A stretch of 64,000 nucleotides of DNA from Piedraia hortae CBS 480.64. Taxonomy: Eukaryota. Location of the stretch: contig MU006027.1 of assembly GCA_010093745.1 (NCBI GenBank), positions 1 to 64,000 of the forward strand, written 5' to 3'. Position numbers and translations under genes: made by a program. The notes beneath the pieces are model-generated. The model did no database searches, had not been told where the DNA came from, and saw only the letters and a program-made list of their open reading frames with translations. Shown in pieces: positions 33,004 to 44,917 of the stretch. Position 1 is the first letter of the stretch. Every line of letters begins with the position of its first letter.

Positions 33004-34326
33004 ATGCAGATCCCCCTTCTTCGTTTGCAATGCGGTAGGTCCTTGATGGTAGCACCTGTGGAGTAAACTTATGTAGCCCTAGGGTGCAACAGCTATGAAT
33101 GGGGCAAAAAAGGCCACAATAGCGCTGCAGCACGGTTCGCAGCCGCAACGTCGGAGTTTTGTATCAAAAGCGATCAGCCTTATGCCGAACTGTGGATGGG
33201 TACCCATCCGTCGAATCCATCTAAAGATGTTGCGACGAATCGTACCTTGTTAGACCTGGTGCGGGATAATAAGATGCTGCTGTCACCTGAAGTTGCGGAC
33301 AAGTATGGAAACAAGTTGCCTTTCCTCTTTAAAGTGCTCAGTATGAGGACAGCTTTAAGCATTCAGGCACATCCTAACAAGACATTGGCCGAAAAGCTGC
33401 ATGCACGCGATCCCAAGCATTATCCTGATGATAACCACAAACCGGAGATGACTATTGCTATCGCTCCTTTTCAAGGCTTGTGTGGCTTCCGCCCATTAAG
33501 TGAAATTGTACATTTTCTGAAGTCAGTACCTAGCCTGCGACAACTGGTGGGAGAGGAGAAGTCAGATGCTCTTGCAAAGGCAGTCCAGCAAGACGTTGAT
33601 ACCAAAGGGGCTTTAAAGCAGGCATTTGCGGCTTTAATGAGATCGCCTCCGCAGGAAGTTGAGGGGGCGGCCGCAGAGCTCGTTCAGCAGGCGAAAGACG
33701 AAGGCAAGCGATTTGCCAACGGAGGAGTTGAAGCAACGTCTGGAGAAGAACTAGCCTCTCTCATCCTCCGCTTGAATCAGCAATTCCCCAACGATATTGG
33801 CTTATTTGTTGTGTTCTTCCTCAACTACGTCAAACTTTCACCCGGTGAAGCCATGTTCCTCCGCGCGGACGACATCCATGCATATATCAGCGGAGATATC
33901 ATTGAATGCATGGCAGCTTCTGATAACGTGGTGAGGGCGGGTTTCACACCCAAGTTTAAAGACGTTGACACACTGGTGGATATGCTGACCTATGATTATG
34001 CGCCTATTGCCGAACAGAAAATGACGCCGACATCTTACAAGGAGTGCAGACTAAAAGATGGACAAGCGACCCTGTATGACCCTCCAATAGAGGAATTCAG
34101 TGTCGTACATGTTCTACTTAATTCTTCAGAAGCCGAAATCACTTTTGCGCCGATAGATGGTCCTGCAGTCATCATTTGCACCAAGGGCAAAGGAAAAATT
34201 TCCGTTGGCCCCAAGACGGAGCCTTTCGAGGAAGGCTTTGTATATTTCGTGGGGTCTACTGCTGAGCTCAAGATTGAATGCACGGGTGAACAGTTGGAAG
34301 CGTTCAGGGCCTTTTGTGTCATTTGA
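33004..34326 (+). CDS. PMI40: Mannose-6-phosphate isomerase
   Basis: [19 protein letters not shown] across intron 33035-33082; [40 protein letters not shown]. Confidence 0.96.
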
Positions 34327-34433
34327 GCACTAGGTCTAGGTAACCAGAGGTCAACATAAATTGACAACGGGCCGGCCCGTCGCGCAAACTTGACATAATC
34401 CCTCGATAAGGCTGTACTAGCGGTAATACAGCC

Positions 34434-35925
34434 TCACCTAATGTCAAGTTGAAATGGCTTAAACAAGCTGTCGTAACTTGTGCAGCGCGGACATCCGCTT
34501 TCCTTGCCTCTTGACTGGCCCGTTATAATGGCTTCCACGCAATCTCCACATAGCCCGCAGATGCAGTTCGTGCACGCGAACGAGTCTTTGAGCGGATTAC
34601 CGCGACGGCATCCTGAACAGTAAATTGTTGGGCCATCCGTCGAAAAACCCCCAGAATCAAGAGGTTGAATTGCGTTTGGCAGCATGGAGTCAGGGTTAAT
34701 AGTTTCGGGTGTTGGCTGGATGGCCTCGTGACCAAATATTGGTGAATTGCCCACGTTAGTCGCGCCAAAGTGTGGGCTGGTAGAAGCCGTGTGGTTAGGC
34801 GAAGGGGAGGCAACCGAGTACGGCAGTGGTACGTCTGGCGACGGCGGTGTCAATGCATGCTGCAGTGGTGAGGCAGTGAAGGGCTGGAAGGGCGGCAGGA
34901 GAGATTGGGAGGCGGGCGGGGAGTTTAAAGATGATGCGGGATTCTGCACAGTATTAGCCGACCACGTCAAACCGTCAGGCGGGTACGGTACCGGTGTCGG
35001 CTCTCGAGACTCGTCACCACCTTCTTCTGTTGCGCTCGTCGCCGCATCAAGAAGTTCGTGCCACCGCTTATCCTGGCTCATGAAGTTGCCATTGGGCTCA
35101 GACAACGGGCGCTTGTCCTTTTTGCCCTTCAGTCGCCGTGACCGGGTTGCGGGCAAGCGTGACAGGGGCCGGGGCAAGGTAGGAGCAACCATGGCCGGCG
35201 TTTCCGGGGTTGTCGAAGCAAAGGGGCTCTGACGCAGATAGGTGCCGCCTTGCAGCGAGGCGTCAGGTCGGAAGCGGGTTGGCCTCAGTTCACCATTCCG
35301 AGGCTGGAAGAAGCCCTGGACGTGTTCGGTCTCAGCACTGGGGGGTGATAGCTGCATGGAAGCAAAGGTGGTCCCCTGTCCCAGGTCATGGTCAGCCCAT
35401 TGATTATCCGGTCGATGGTAGTGCAGCTCGGCGAGGACAGCAGCGGCAGACGCATCGGGCAGAAGCGACCCGCGGCGGTAGTCCTGGCGGCGTTGCTGCT
35501 CCTGCATGTTGTTGAAGATGGCAACGGCATCAGTGTCGGGGGTGTAGTAGCTCGGATGGGCATATTGCTGGAACGGTTGGGTCATTAGCTCTGCCCTTGG
35601 ATTAGGCGACGACATGGACACCATGGCCAGCGTGTTGCTGTGCGTGGCCGGCGGCGGCGCGGGAGTAGAGCTGCACATTCGCTCAATGCTCTCCTCAGTG
35701 GCCGGCAGCCGAGGGATGTAATACTCGGGGTGTGCGCGGCGGATGTGCTCCTGCATTGAGCGGAACCGCTTGTCCTGCTACCGTCAGATGGACCGTACAG
35801 ATGTCACCACCTACCCCCAAGCATCGTTTTCTGCACTTCGAGCCGTCTGGGTTTCGCAGGCGACATGACGTCTCCAAGAGGCTGCCCGTGGATGAGTCGT
35901 TGCGGCGAACGGCACCGGGGGCCAT
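34434..35925 (-). CDS. Conserved fungal protein with N-terminal Cys/His finger and C-terminal RING-like zinc finger
   Basis: CRLRNPDGSKCRKRCLG|DKRFRSMQEHIRRAHP across intron 35814-35775; C-terminal CSGC..CTNCICGLCGDC..CPRC; probable in-frame intron 34991-34944. Confidence 0.8.
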
Positions 35926-36233
35926 TGAGGTACAAATACTTATGAAAGTGTCTGCTGATGACTCGACACTTGCCCACCGGAGAACTGCACACTGCCACCC
36001 ACAAGTCGTCCACCTCTGCCTGCACACGCACCAAGGACCAAGAACAGCCCCACTGCGGGGGTCTCTTGCTCTCACCTCCACTAGCCTCGGTTGCTCCCGT
36101 CCCCCCATTTTCAAGGAGAATCTCTCTCTACTTCACTGCAAGCTCGTTATATAGCGCACTGCTGCGGTTACTGTCCTATAGCCATTGGAAATTCAAACAG
36201 TCACTTCATGTGCATTTAAAATCATCTAAATTT

Positions 36234-38541
36234 CTAAGCATATGTGGCATGGCTCCTTCCACGGCCACTTCGTTCTTTGGGCGCCAAAGGTGTTGACATC
36301 ACACTGCCATGACGACGACTGCCAGTTTCTGTCTTACGCCGGCGCCAGCTCGGGTTGTCAAAATCGACGCATGAAATGCTGTCTTCTGGCAGAACAGTCA
36401 TTCCGTCATCCTTCTCATCATCAGAGCCTGGCAGGGGCACCTGAGCGGCGCTCAAGTGTGATCGAGCTGTGGTATGCTTTCCGACAAAGTTATGGTGCGT
36501 CGTTGAGAGACGTCCTGGTTTGACTGTGCTTGCTCGGCTGCCTTCGGCCGTGCGGTAAGAGCGATGACTGCGATGTGAATGCACACTGATCCCGCTGTCA
36601 CGGCGCTTGAGGTCGGGCAAGTCTTCAGCAACCGAGTGACGGTCGCTGCGACGGGAGCTCGCACTCTTCGGCTGCCCTCGTACAGATTCCTGCAAACCAC
36701 CTTCTCGAACAGAGTAGTAGTCACTTCGGGGAGAAGTAGCGCTTTCTGATCGTTGATGAACTGATGATTTGCGGTCCCCGACTGAATTTCCTTCTCGTAT
36801 TGAACGATAATCACTTCGGCAGGAAGTAGCAGATTGACCATCCACAAGGCGTCCGGTTCGACGATATTTAGTGCTCTTAGTGTCTACGGTTGGTTGACTG
36901 GTGTCAGCATCGCGTGGTTCTACGGCATCATTGGCGGTAATGCGATATATTGAAACAGCGCTCTTTGCCAAATCTTTGGCGCGGGGATCACTGCGATGGG
37001 AAGTGGTACTTCTCGCCTTTTCTTTAATTTGCCGATGAGGTCTATATCCGTTCTCATGGGTAGAGTGGTAAGCCACGCTTTTGGATCTCTCAGAAACTTG
37101 TTCACCAGCATCGCCACGCTCGCTCGCGTTGTGAGCGGCACTCAAGTCTCGCACCTTCGAGGATTGGGAGGTAGGGCCCTCGAGGCGTCGAGGCACGTAT
37201 TCGGCATTGTTGTTGGCTTGTCTCTCAGAGATTGAATAGATGATTGGCCCGGATACATGACTCTTATAATGAGCAGAATGTCCAACGGATGGAGTATATG
37301 CAATGCCACCAATGGATTTACTTTTGAGAGGCTCGAATGAAAGATGGGCCCTTGTATTTGTTTTCGGAGCACTGCCAAGATCCCTCGGACGTTCAATAGC
37401 ACGATTTGGCTGAGAGCTCGAAATGGTCTTGCGCTCAACATTCGATGTATGTTTTTCCGATGACTCTGCCGTACAGCTAGAGTGCGCGTCCGAGACCGGA
37501 TGGTAAGTAATGGCCTTCGTGTTCGCAAAGGCGTCTCTAGTTCTCGATACGTATTCGATCTCCGGACTCCGACTTTTGGCACTCGCAATGTAAGCAGATT
37601 GGATCTTTGAACGGGGGTACTCAATGGCCTCCATGTTCTGACTGCGGAGCCGAGTCGGGGCACGTTGAGAACGTGCGCGGGTAGTCTCGCTGGCATCAGG
37701 CTCAATAGATTCAACAGTGTGTATACGACGTGTGATGCTGCAAGGGCCATTTCGGCGGCTGGGCATCGACTCTGTGACACTGAAATTGCGGTGTCCGCCG
37801 GGCAGATATGAATCAGGAACTCTCGAGGCCGGAGGTTCAATTGTCTTGGGCGAGTGAGGAGCTTGTACGGAGCGGGCAAATGAGGCCTCTGCTTTGGCGT
37901 TGTCGTGCTCGGCCTTTGTCACGGCCCACGCAAGAGTAGCTCCCGCCGCGGCACCCAGAATGGTCCCCAAAACTGCCTGGCCTGGAAAACCGCTACTGTT
38001 GTTGGGAGGGGCGCTTGTAGAAGCTGAAGTTGATGGAACACTCTCCACTGAGCCCAATGTCCGCGACGACGCAGAAGGCCGCTCATACAGTGCCTGCGAT
38101 TCCATCATTGTATCTGATGGTGTTGATGGTTTGCATACGAATTCAATGACATTACCGTCTGGATCCTCGACAGCAGCAGCAAAGACGGAGAAGTCTCCAT
38201 TGCGTCTCCCGGGAGCCTGACTGGGGTAAGCGCCAGCGTTTAGCGCAGCGGTGTAGCACTTGCGCACGGAAGCACAGTCCCGCGCGTCAAATGCCACATG
38301 GGTGGGCGAGACAGCATGACTAGAATGAGTCAGGACGTGTGGGGGCGACGGGGGATTGTATCGATGGGCTCTACCTCTTTGGATCTTGGTGGAGGAAAAA
38401 GTCTGCTTTATCCACACCCAGCCCAACAGCTTGGCCACTTTGACCAATATAATGATAGCCCAATGGCTGGAGAGCGGCGAGATAGAATGATGTTGCAGTC
38501 GGAATATGCGAAACCACTATGCCAAGGTGAGAGAGAGGCAT
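36234..38541 (-). CDS. Glyoxalase/VOC-domain protein with long disordered C-terminal extension
   Basis: Exon 1 MPLSHLGIVVSHIPTATSFYLAALQPLGY; intron 38374-38320; THVAFDA...AAAVEDPDGNVIEFV. Confidence 0.82.
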
Positions 38542-38944
38542 GATGCACTATGGTATGTAGCCTAAGATCGATGCGAGGAACAATGAGTGATATGAGCTCC
38601 ACGACCGAGGAGGCAGGGAGCACGGGCACCAGGCACCGTACAGCGTGACCAATGGAAGGGTGAATTGCTAGCGTTGGGCAACATCACATCAATGCAGGAC
38701 AAGTGGGGCGGCTGTCGGCTGGTTGTCGGTGTGCACGATCCAGGAGACATCGCCGCGCAGCAAGTTCAGTTCAGCTGCGGCGTGTGACTGTTTGGGCATG
38801 CTAAATGACAGGTGAGTGATACGCAAGGGCTCATGCTGTACCTACTTGTTCACGCGATAATGAAAGTTGTTTTGACCGTTGAGGTGTAGTCACTAGCGCG
38901 AAAGCACAGACTGCTGATTCACAGCTGACGCTTGCTCAGCGACT

Positions 38945-40246
38945 CCACCAGACGAGGCAGCACCTAGTCTCGGTGAAATCCCAGATTGCTAATGAATCAT
39001 GCGACTCCCAGCTGGCTCCTGTCCACCATGTGCTGCTTTTCCCTTGCAGTGCTTGTAGCCGGGCATAAAACCCCTTTGCAATAGCGTCACGACACGGTCA
39101 ATTTGAATGGGCTATGGTTTTTGAAAGCCACTAATCTGGGAATCGTTTTTGAGGCCAGGCCCAACACCTTGAGCACTTTGCAACTGTGTCCACCATGGCT
39201 TTCTGCACAGTCGCATCCGTCAGGTAATATGGACTGTCGTAAAACACCTTGTGCAGGCCTGGTATACCTGCCACACCGAATTCACGCACGCCTGGTAGAC
39301 GAGGGATGCCGTAGGGATTCGAAGGGTCCACATTGTACGCAGACGTATTTGGTGGGATTCCCATATTTTCCATGATCGCGGTCCAGTAATAGCTGCTGTT
39401 AAATTGTCCAAAGATGGTCCGTTCTTCGTGGATGAAATCCATGAAATCGAGATTTTGTTGCTTAGGTGGCACTGTCATCAACAGTTTCGATGATTTGATC
39501 AATCTTCGTCCCCTCAGCGTGTCCACAAGCACATCCACTCTATTGTTGGTGCGGGTCATGCGTGCTACGCACGACCCAAACAGAACGCTGTTCCCCAATT
39601 CTTCCAGGGCTTTATCTTAGAGCTGCTGGTTGTCATGCGCTGCTGTGGTGGTGAAGCCGTTTGTGAGAATGGCAGTCACGGTGGCTGCTGAAAAGTATTT
39701 GAGTCGATAAATCGACAGCTGATCCAACGAGTTGCCACCACCTTGGCTATAAAGAAAATCTAGTGGTGCTATTGCATTCAGGTTAAACTTGGCAAAAAAT
39801 TCTCCCCATGTCAGCAGCAAATCACTGGGCACTTGCAGGGGCAGATCGAATCCGCTGGACAGGTACGTAAAACGCGCAAGTTGCGCAAGATTTTCAACGA
39901 GGGCAGTGCTAATTGCTTCGTCTCCTGTTAATCCATTTGAGGGTACTAATGAGGCATTTGCAAAGAAGACGTTGACCGTGTTCCTGGCGGGCGCAGAAAA
40001 TGGTGCCAGAGGCACGTCAAAGTGCGCCAGATAATCGCTCACAGCATCCGACTAATTCTTTGATAATAATACGCCGTAATCGACTGATCTGCCAGAAGAG
40101 TCTCGATAAGTTTCAACGTGGCCCCCAAGACGGTTCTGTTGTTCAATCAACGTTACGCTGTATCCCATCTGCTTCAATCGAATGGCTGAATAAGTCCCAC
40201 TGGAACCTCCTACTGCACATGTCACCACGAATAGTCTGAAGGACAT
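38945..40246 (-). pseudogene. Disrupted flavin-dependent amine-oxidase-family oxidoreductase
   Basis: [26 protein letters not shown], then a frameshift near 40050, in-frame TAA at 39617, and frameshifts near 39178 and 39089; C-terminal GFYARLQALQG..TWWTGASWESHDS. Confidence 0.85.
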
Positions 40247-40809
40247 TTTGCTAGTCTCTTGACAGGTCCTTTCTTGTACGGAATACGGAACACGGCCAGG
40301 AAGTTTTAAACGCGGTTATTACAATCAATCGTTCCGCCACATGGGCCTCGTCCCATAACGGCAAGTGGGCTGAAATGTCTCGGAACAGCCTTCGTCAGGA
40401 TCGTGAACGACCTCTGTTCCAGCAGAGTTAATTGGACGTTTCACTGACGCCGGGATGGTACATATCAGTTTGCCAGCACAACACTAGAACATGCTCATTT
40501 GAGCAACACATTAAGATATCCAACAGTATTGAAGGCCCTCCCAACTATGTTGGGAGGGAACGCTTGTGGGGAAGAGATGTCAAGAATGAAGATTGAAATG
40601 GTTCGTCTTCTGTCATCTTTCGGAGAGTACGATTAAAGTAGACATGACACCGGCTTAAGGCTCGGCGATTCCGACGTCGTCCATGCGCCAAATCGGTGAC
40701 TGTCTCCTGAATCGCTTTAAGTTAAGCGATATGTACCACCATGCAGTCGCGGAAATGTCCCCGCTGTAATCCGCTAGAGGCCTGCATTGACCTGGTATCT
40801 AAAAACTTG

Positions 40810-41756
40810 TTAAATGATGTCCCACGCGTCTTCGGCGGCATGACAAAATTTGCTGCAAGCAACACTCGCGGAGAGGCTATAATTGCTAATGCTTATAGCA
40901 TCTTTCTTGTATTGATCCGCAAAGGTGTCGGCGCCTTTGGCCATAGCTCCGACAAAGACGCAAATGCTCGTTTTGGGGCTCAGATCGGCAATGTATTCAC
41001 GAACGCGCACCAGCGGAGCATCGAAGGAGAGTGTGACTTTGTGGCAATTCGGCGGTAGGTGGTCAGTGATGGGGTTCTTGATAACCTTTAGCAATTTTTC
41101 CGGGCTTGTTGTTGACCTGATACTGAGGTTATGGAGCAGCTGAACCATGAGACCGGCGAAGCGCTTAAAAGTTCTTGGCAGGCGCACCGTTGGGCTAACC
41201 TCTATAAGCACACCCTTTGACGTATGAATATAGATTTGCAGTTTGCCAGCCTTGTTGAGGGGCGAATCGAGAAGGGTTAGAAGGCATTGGTGCGTGATGT
41301 CGGGACGTGCCTCGCTAATATCACGATTCATCTTTCGCATGACTCCAATGTGCTCATCACTGTTGAGGAGCGAGTATTTGGATGTGTCCTTGCCATTTTT
41401 GCTTAAGCCGCCGTGTGCTCTATACGTCTCCAAGCTAGCATTTGAAAGCACCACAATGAGGCGCTTGGTATCTTTGTCGCTCGCGGGAATCGGACGTGCT
41501 TGCTCTGCAGTCATTTGCGGAAGTATTGGCGGTGGAAGAGATTGGGTTACAGTTCCTATGTTTCCACCAATCCATGATTAGTCATGAGCTCTTGTTGAAA
41601 GAGCGAACGTTCGAAATGGATCTGTTGAAGAATGAAAAACTGGAAATGAGACTGACTTGTTCTTTTTGTGGCTCTGCCACTCAGCGAAGGTCTCCGGTCA
41701 ATGTAACTTGCCCCCTGAGCGTCAAGCTGCGATCGCTCCGGTTTATCTACAGCCAT
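40810..41756 (-). CDS. NEP1: 18S rRNA pseudouridine N1-methyltransferase Nep1/Emg1
   Basis: [75 protein letters not shown]. Exon 1 is 41756-41657; intron 41656-41556. Confidence 0.96.
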
Positions 41757-42108
41757 TGCAAAGTGGTGAGAGAGTGTTGTTTTGGTCCTAGCCCGGCCTT
41801 TTCGATGCAGCAATCAAGAAGGGTGGTCGTCTTTGTAGGATTGAAAATTTGGGGTTGACCTTGACTCCTTGGCGCGCACGGCCGCTAGCGGCCGTTTGTC
41901 GGGAACCTCGACGCGCGTGCATGCAGAAGAATGTTGACATCAATCAACGTAGACTATCTCGTAGACTATGTAAACGATAGAAAATTCCTGAAGAGATACT
42001 AAGCCGAGGCATACTATGCTTTCCAATTTGCTTCGCAGCGAGCATCGCACTTTTTGAATCTATGTCATATGGTCATATTACAATGTCTGACCTATTGCAT
42101 TGTCAAAT

Positions 42109-42189
42109 GTCGAGGTGTCGGAGTGGTTAACGAGTCAGACTTGAAATCTGATGCCTTCGGGCGCGCAGGTTCGAATCCTGTCCTCGACG
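42109..42189 (+). tRNA. tRNA-Ser(UGA), intronless, long variable arm
   Basis: Acceptor GTCGAGG/CCTCGAC, anticodon arm TCAGA-CTTGAAA-TCTGA, variable arm GCC-TTCG-GGC, T-loop GGTTCGAATCC, discriminator G, T-run terminator at 42191. Confidence 0.96.
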
Positions 42190-42448
42190 CTTTTTTTTGC
42201 GTTCTCACGAGTTTGCACAAAATTTGTTTCTCTCTCCGTATGTCGCAGGTGAAATACGGAGAAAGCGGTTTGCGTCAATTGACGAAGGTCAGTAATCGCC
42301 AAATTTTCCGCTCAACACAATTGGCGAACAAACGCTACAGGCTGCAGTCTTGGTTTCGAACAAACTCGCGGTGGACGTTAAGTCCAATCACATACTCTAT
42401 CAACTGAGCGATGTTTGGGTGGTAGTGGTGAGACGCATTTGAGAATTG

Positions 42449-44674
42449 ATGGCCAACGATTGGACTTTAGTCTCTAGCTCCTATCAAAGTGCCTCAAACG
42501 CATCCGGAATGGATGAGAGTGATTCTCGTCCGGCATGGCTTGAGGAGGGCCGGGCGCAGTCTGATCCGCTGTTAGCAGTGCGTAGTCACATTCAGATTGA
42601 GAGTCCAGCGCGACCTCGCCTGTTCCAACGGCACACGATGCGGGCAGACGCAACCAGAAGCCTGAGTGAGGCTCTGCGTCAGGCCAAGAGGCGAGAAGAG
42701 CAAGAAACCCTTCTGGGGGAAGGTGAAGGAGCTGACGACGATGGCTGCTATCCTCCGCGCACGAGCAATGCACCGCGGGCACCGAACCCCCATAGAGACC
42801 TCCCGATTTATCTCACAATCCATAAGATTCGGAGGCTAGTATTGGCGAGCATTGGTAGGCATCATCTCTACATCAGCGACCTGGACTGAGAGCCATGTTT
42901 TATAGACGATCCTTACTCATTGGAGCAGCTTAAGGGCCCCAGGCTGAATGGAGCTTTAATCCGTCCATTGGTAGACCATCTTTACGATCCCGACGATGTC
43001 TCCGTGGTCTACTGTCTACTGGTTAACCGCGTACAGTTCTTGCGAGAGCAATCTTATCAGGCTCATCATCAAACAGTCAACGTAACGCGGGCAAACCTCT
43101 GTGAACTACTCGCCTCTCGTGTACTTCGTTGCTTTGCCGAATGTCATGAAGGCCGAGCTGGACTGCTATCTCTTGCGAATGTCCTTGTAGCCGGTTTTGA
43201 GGCCTTCCAGGGCGCCCCCGCTGACATTGTACTCGCCAACAGGTCGACGATTCAGTGGAAAAAGTCGGACGCCGAATATCACAATATGCTTACCGCCCTC
43301 GAAGTGGCCATTGTCTCCGAAGCAAAGATATTTCTGAGCACATCAGCTTGTCAAAAAATTGTGGACAATGTCTACCGTGGCCGTATTATTTATACGCCCA
43401 CAACATTCCTGGACATACTGCCCGACCGGTACAAGACGCGGGTTATATCACTGTATGACCCACGAAGAGCGCCATTGCTGAATCAATACAGGCTGATTGT
43501 TCCCCGGACAAGGAACGTCATTGAAGCCTGCCAGTTTATCGTACTTGTGATCCTGTACGTGCTCATGATGACGAACAAATCTCGTGTAACGGGGCCCTAC
43601 CATCTGACTGCTTACGAGCTAATCTTTGATATGTACGCCATGGGCTGGGTATTGGATGAACTTTGCTCCGTCTTGGAGCATGGATGGACAGTGCATACAC
43701 AGAATCTGTGGTCGTTCCTCGACATAGCATTTGTCATCATCTACTGCGTCTATTTTGGCATCCGAATGCACGGCATCTACACAAGAAACCCCCGAACAAG
43801 CAAGATGGCCGTGGATGTCATGAGCATGGCCGCACCCGTGCTGGGACCACGACTGGCCTTTTGCCTAATGCCGGAAAACATGCTGTTCATAGCGCTCCGC
43901 GCGATGATGGCAGACTTCATGTTTCTTACAATGTTGGCCGTATGGTGCTTCGGTGGCTTCTTATTAGCCATGCTTTGGCTGAGCGAGAGTCAAAATGGGG
44001 CCGTCACGCACAGTGCTGCCACAATTTCCCGATGGATGCTCTGGATCTGGTTTGGGCTAGATGGAACGGGAGTGGAAAGAGCGGGCGAATTTCATCGCCA
44101 GCTCGGTCCTGTCCTCATGATCACGTTTGCATTCCTGGGCAATACCCTTTTTCTGACCATCCTCGTGGCCATGCTCAGCAACACATACAACAATCTGGCA
44201 CAAAATGCAACGGCGGAGATTCGGTTTCGTCGGGCTGTGCTCACCTTTGAAGGCGTCAAGTCCGACGCCTTGTTCTCTTACGGCCCACCCTTCAACGTGC
44301 TCGCTCTAATCATATTGTTCCCGCTCAAACAGGTGCTCACACCACGTTGGTTCCACAAAGTAAATATCACGGCTGTTCGCGTACTGAATGCACCACTGCT
44401 GTTAGTAATCAGCCTCTACGAGCGGCGCTACCTGTGGAACCGGCCACGTCTACTATCGACTGCCAAAAGACATCCGTGGCTGAGTATTTGGGAAAGGTTC
44501 CGCGCACATCGAGATATACAAGACGTGTTCAAAGTGGACCCGCCACAGGAAATTATCGACGACATGGATGAGCTGACTGACATCTTGGATGCAACAGCTA
44601 CCGACGGCGTCAGTGCGCTGATACGTAGAAGATGGAGCAGGGTCAGGAGTATAACGACGACAGAAGCAGAGTGA
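42449..44674 (+). CDS. Yvc1/TRPY-like non-selective cation channel
   Basis: Intron 42855-42905 joins the N-terminal ORF to ORF 42920-44674; ALEVAIVSEAKIFL, about six TM helices, FLGNTLFLTILVAMLSNTY, KSDALFSYGPPFN. Start 42449 or 42509. Confidence 0.88.
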
Positions 44675-44917
44675 CTCCCGCAAGAATGACGTGAGCAGGA
44701 AGGCGTCGCAGCGGGTAGCTGTAGTGGGTGCATATACTATATAGTGGACAGAAAAGTGCATCCGTGCTAGGTACATGTGGTCTACTCAGCAGTATGCAGG
44801 TCAAGGAAACCTCAGGGAGGCGGTGTAAGAGCGCGGCTGGCGACAACCCCGGATAGTTTTGGTTCGGTGGCGACTGCCTCACAGCGGGGCCATCCTCGAC
44901 GATAGAACAATGCGCAC

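Noticed and set aside
38812..38924. GTGAGT...CTGATTCACAG on the + strand as a non-coding snoRNA-host intron
   Set aside because: No canonical box C and only about 9 nt of remembered rRNA complementarity, within chance.
42054..42407. 117-aa ORF
   Set aside because: Overlaps the tRNA-Ser gene and begins at TTG.
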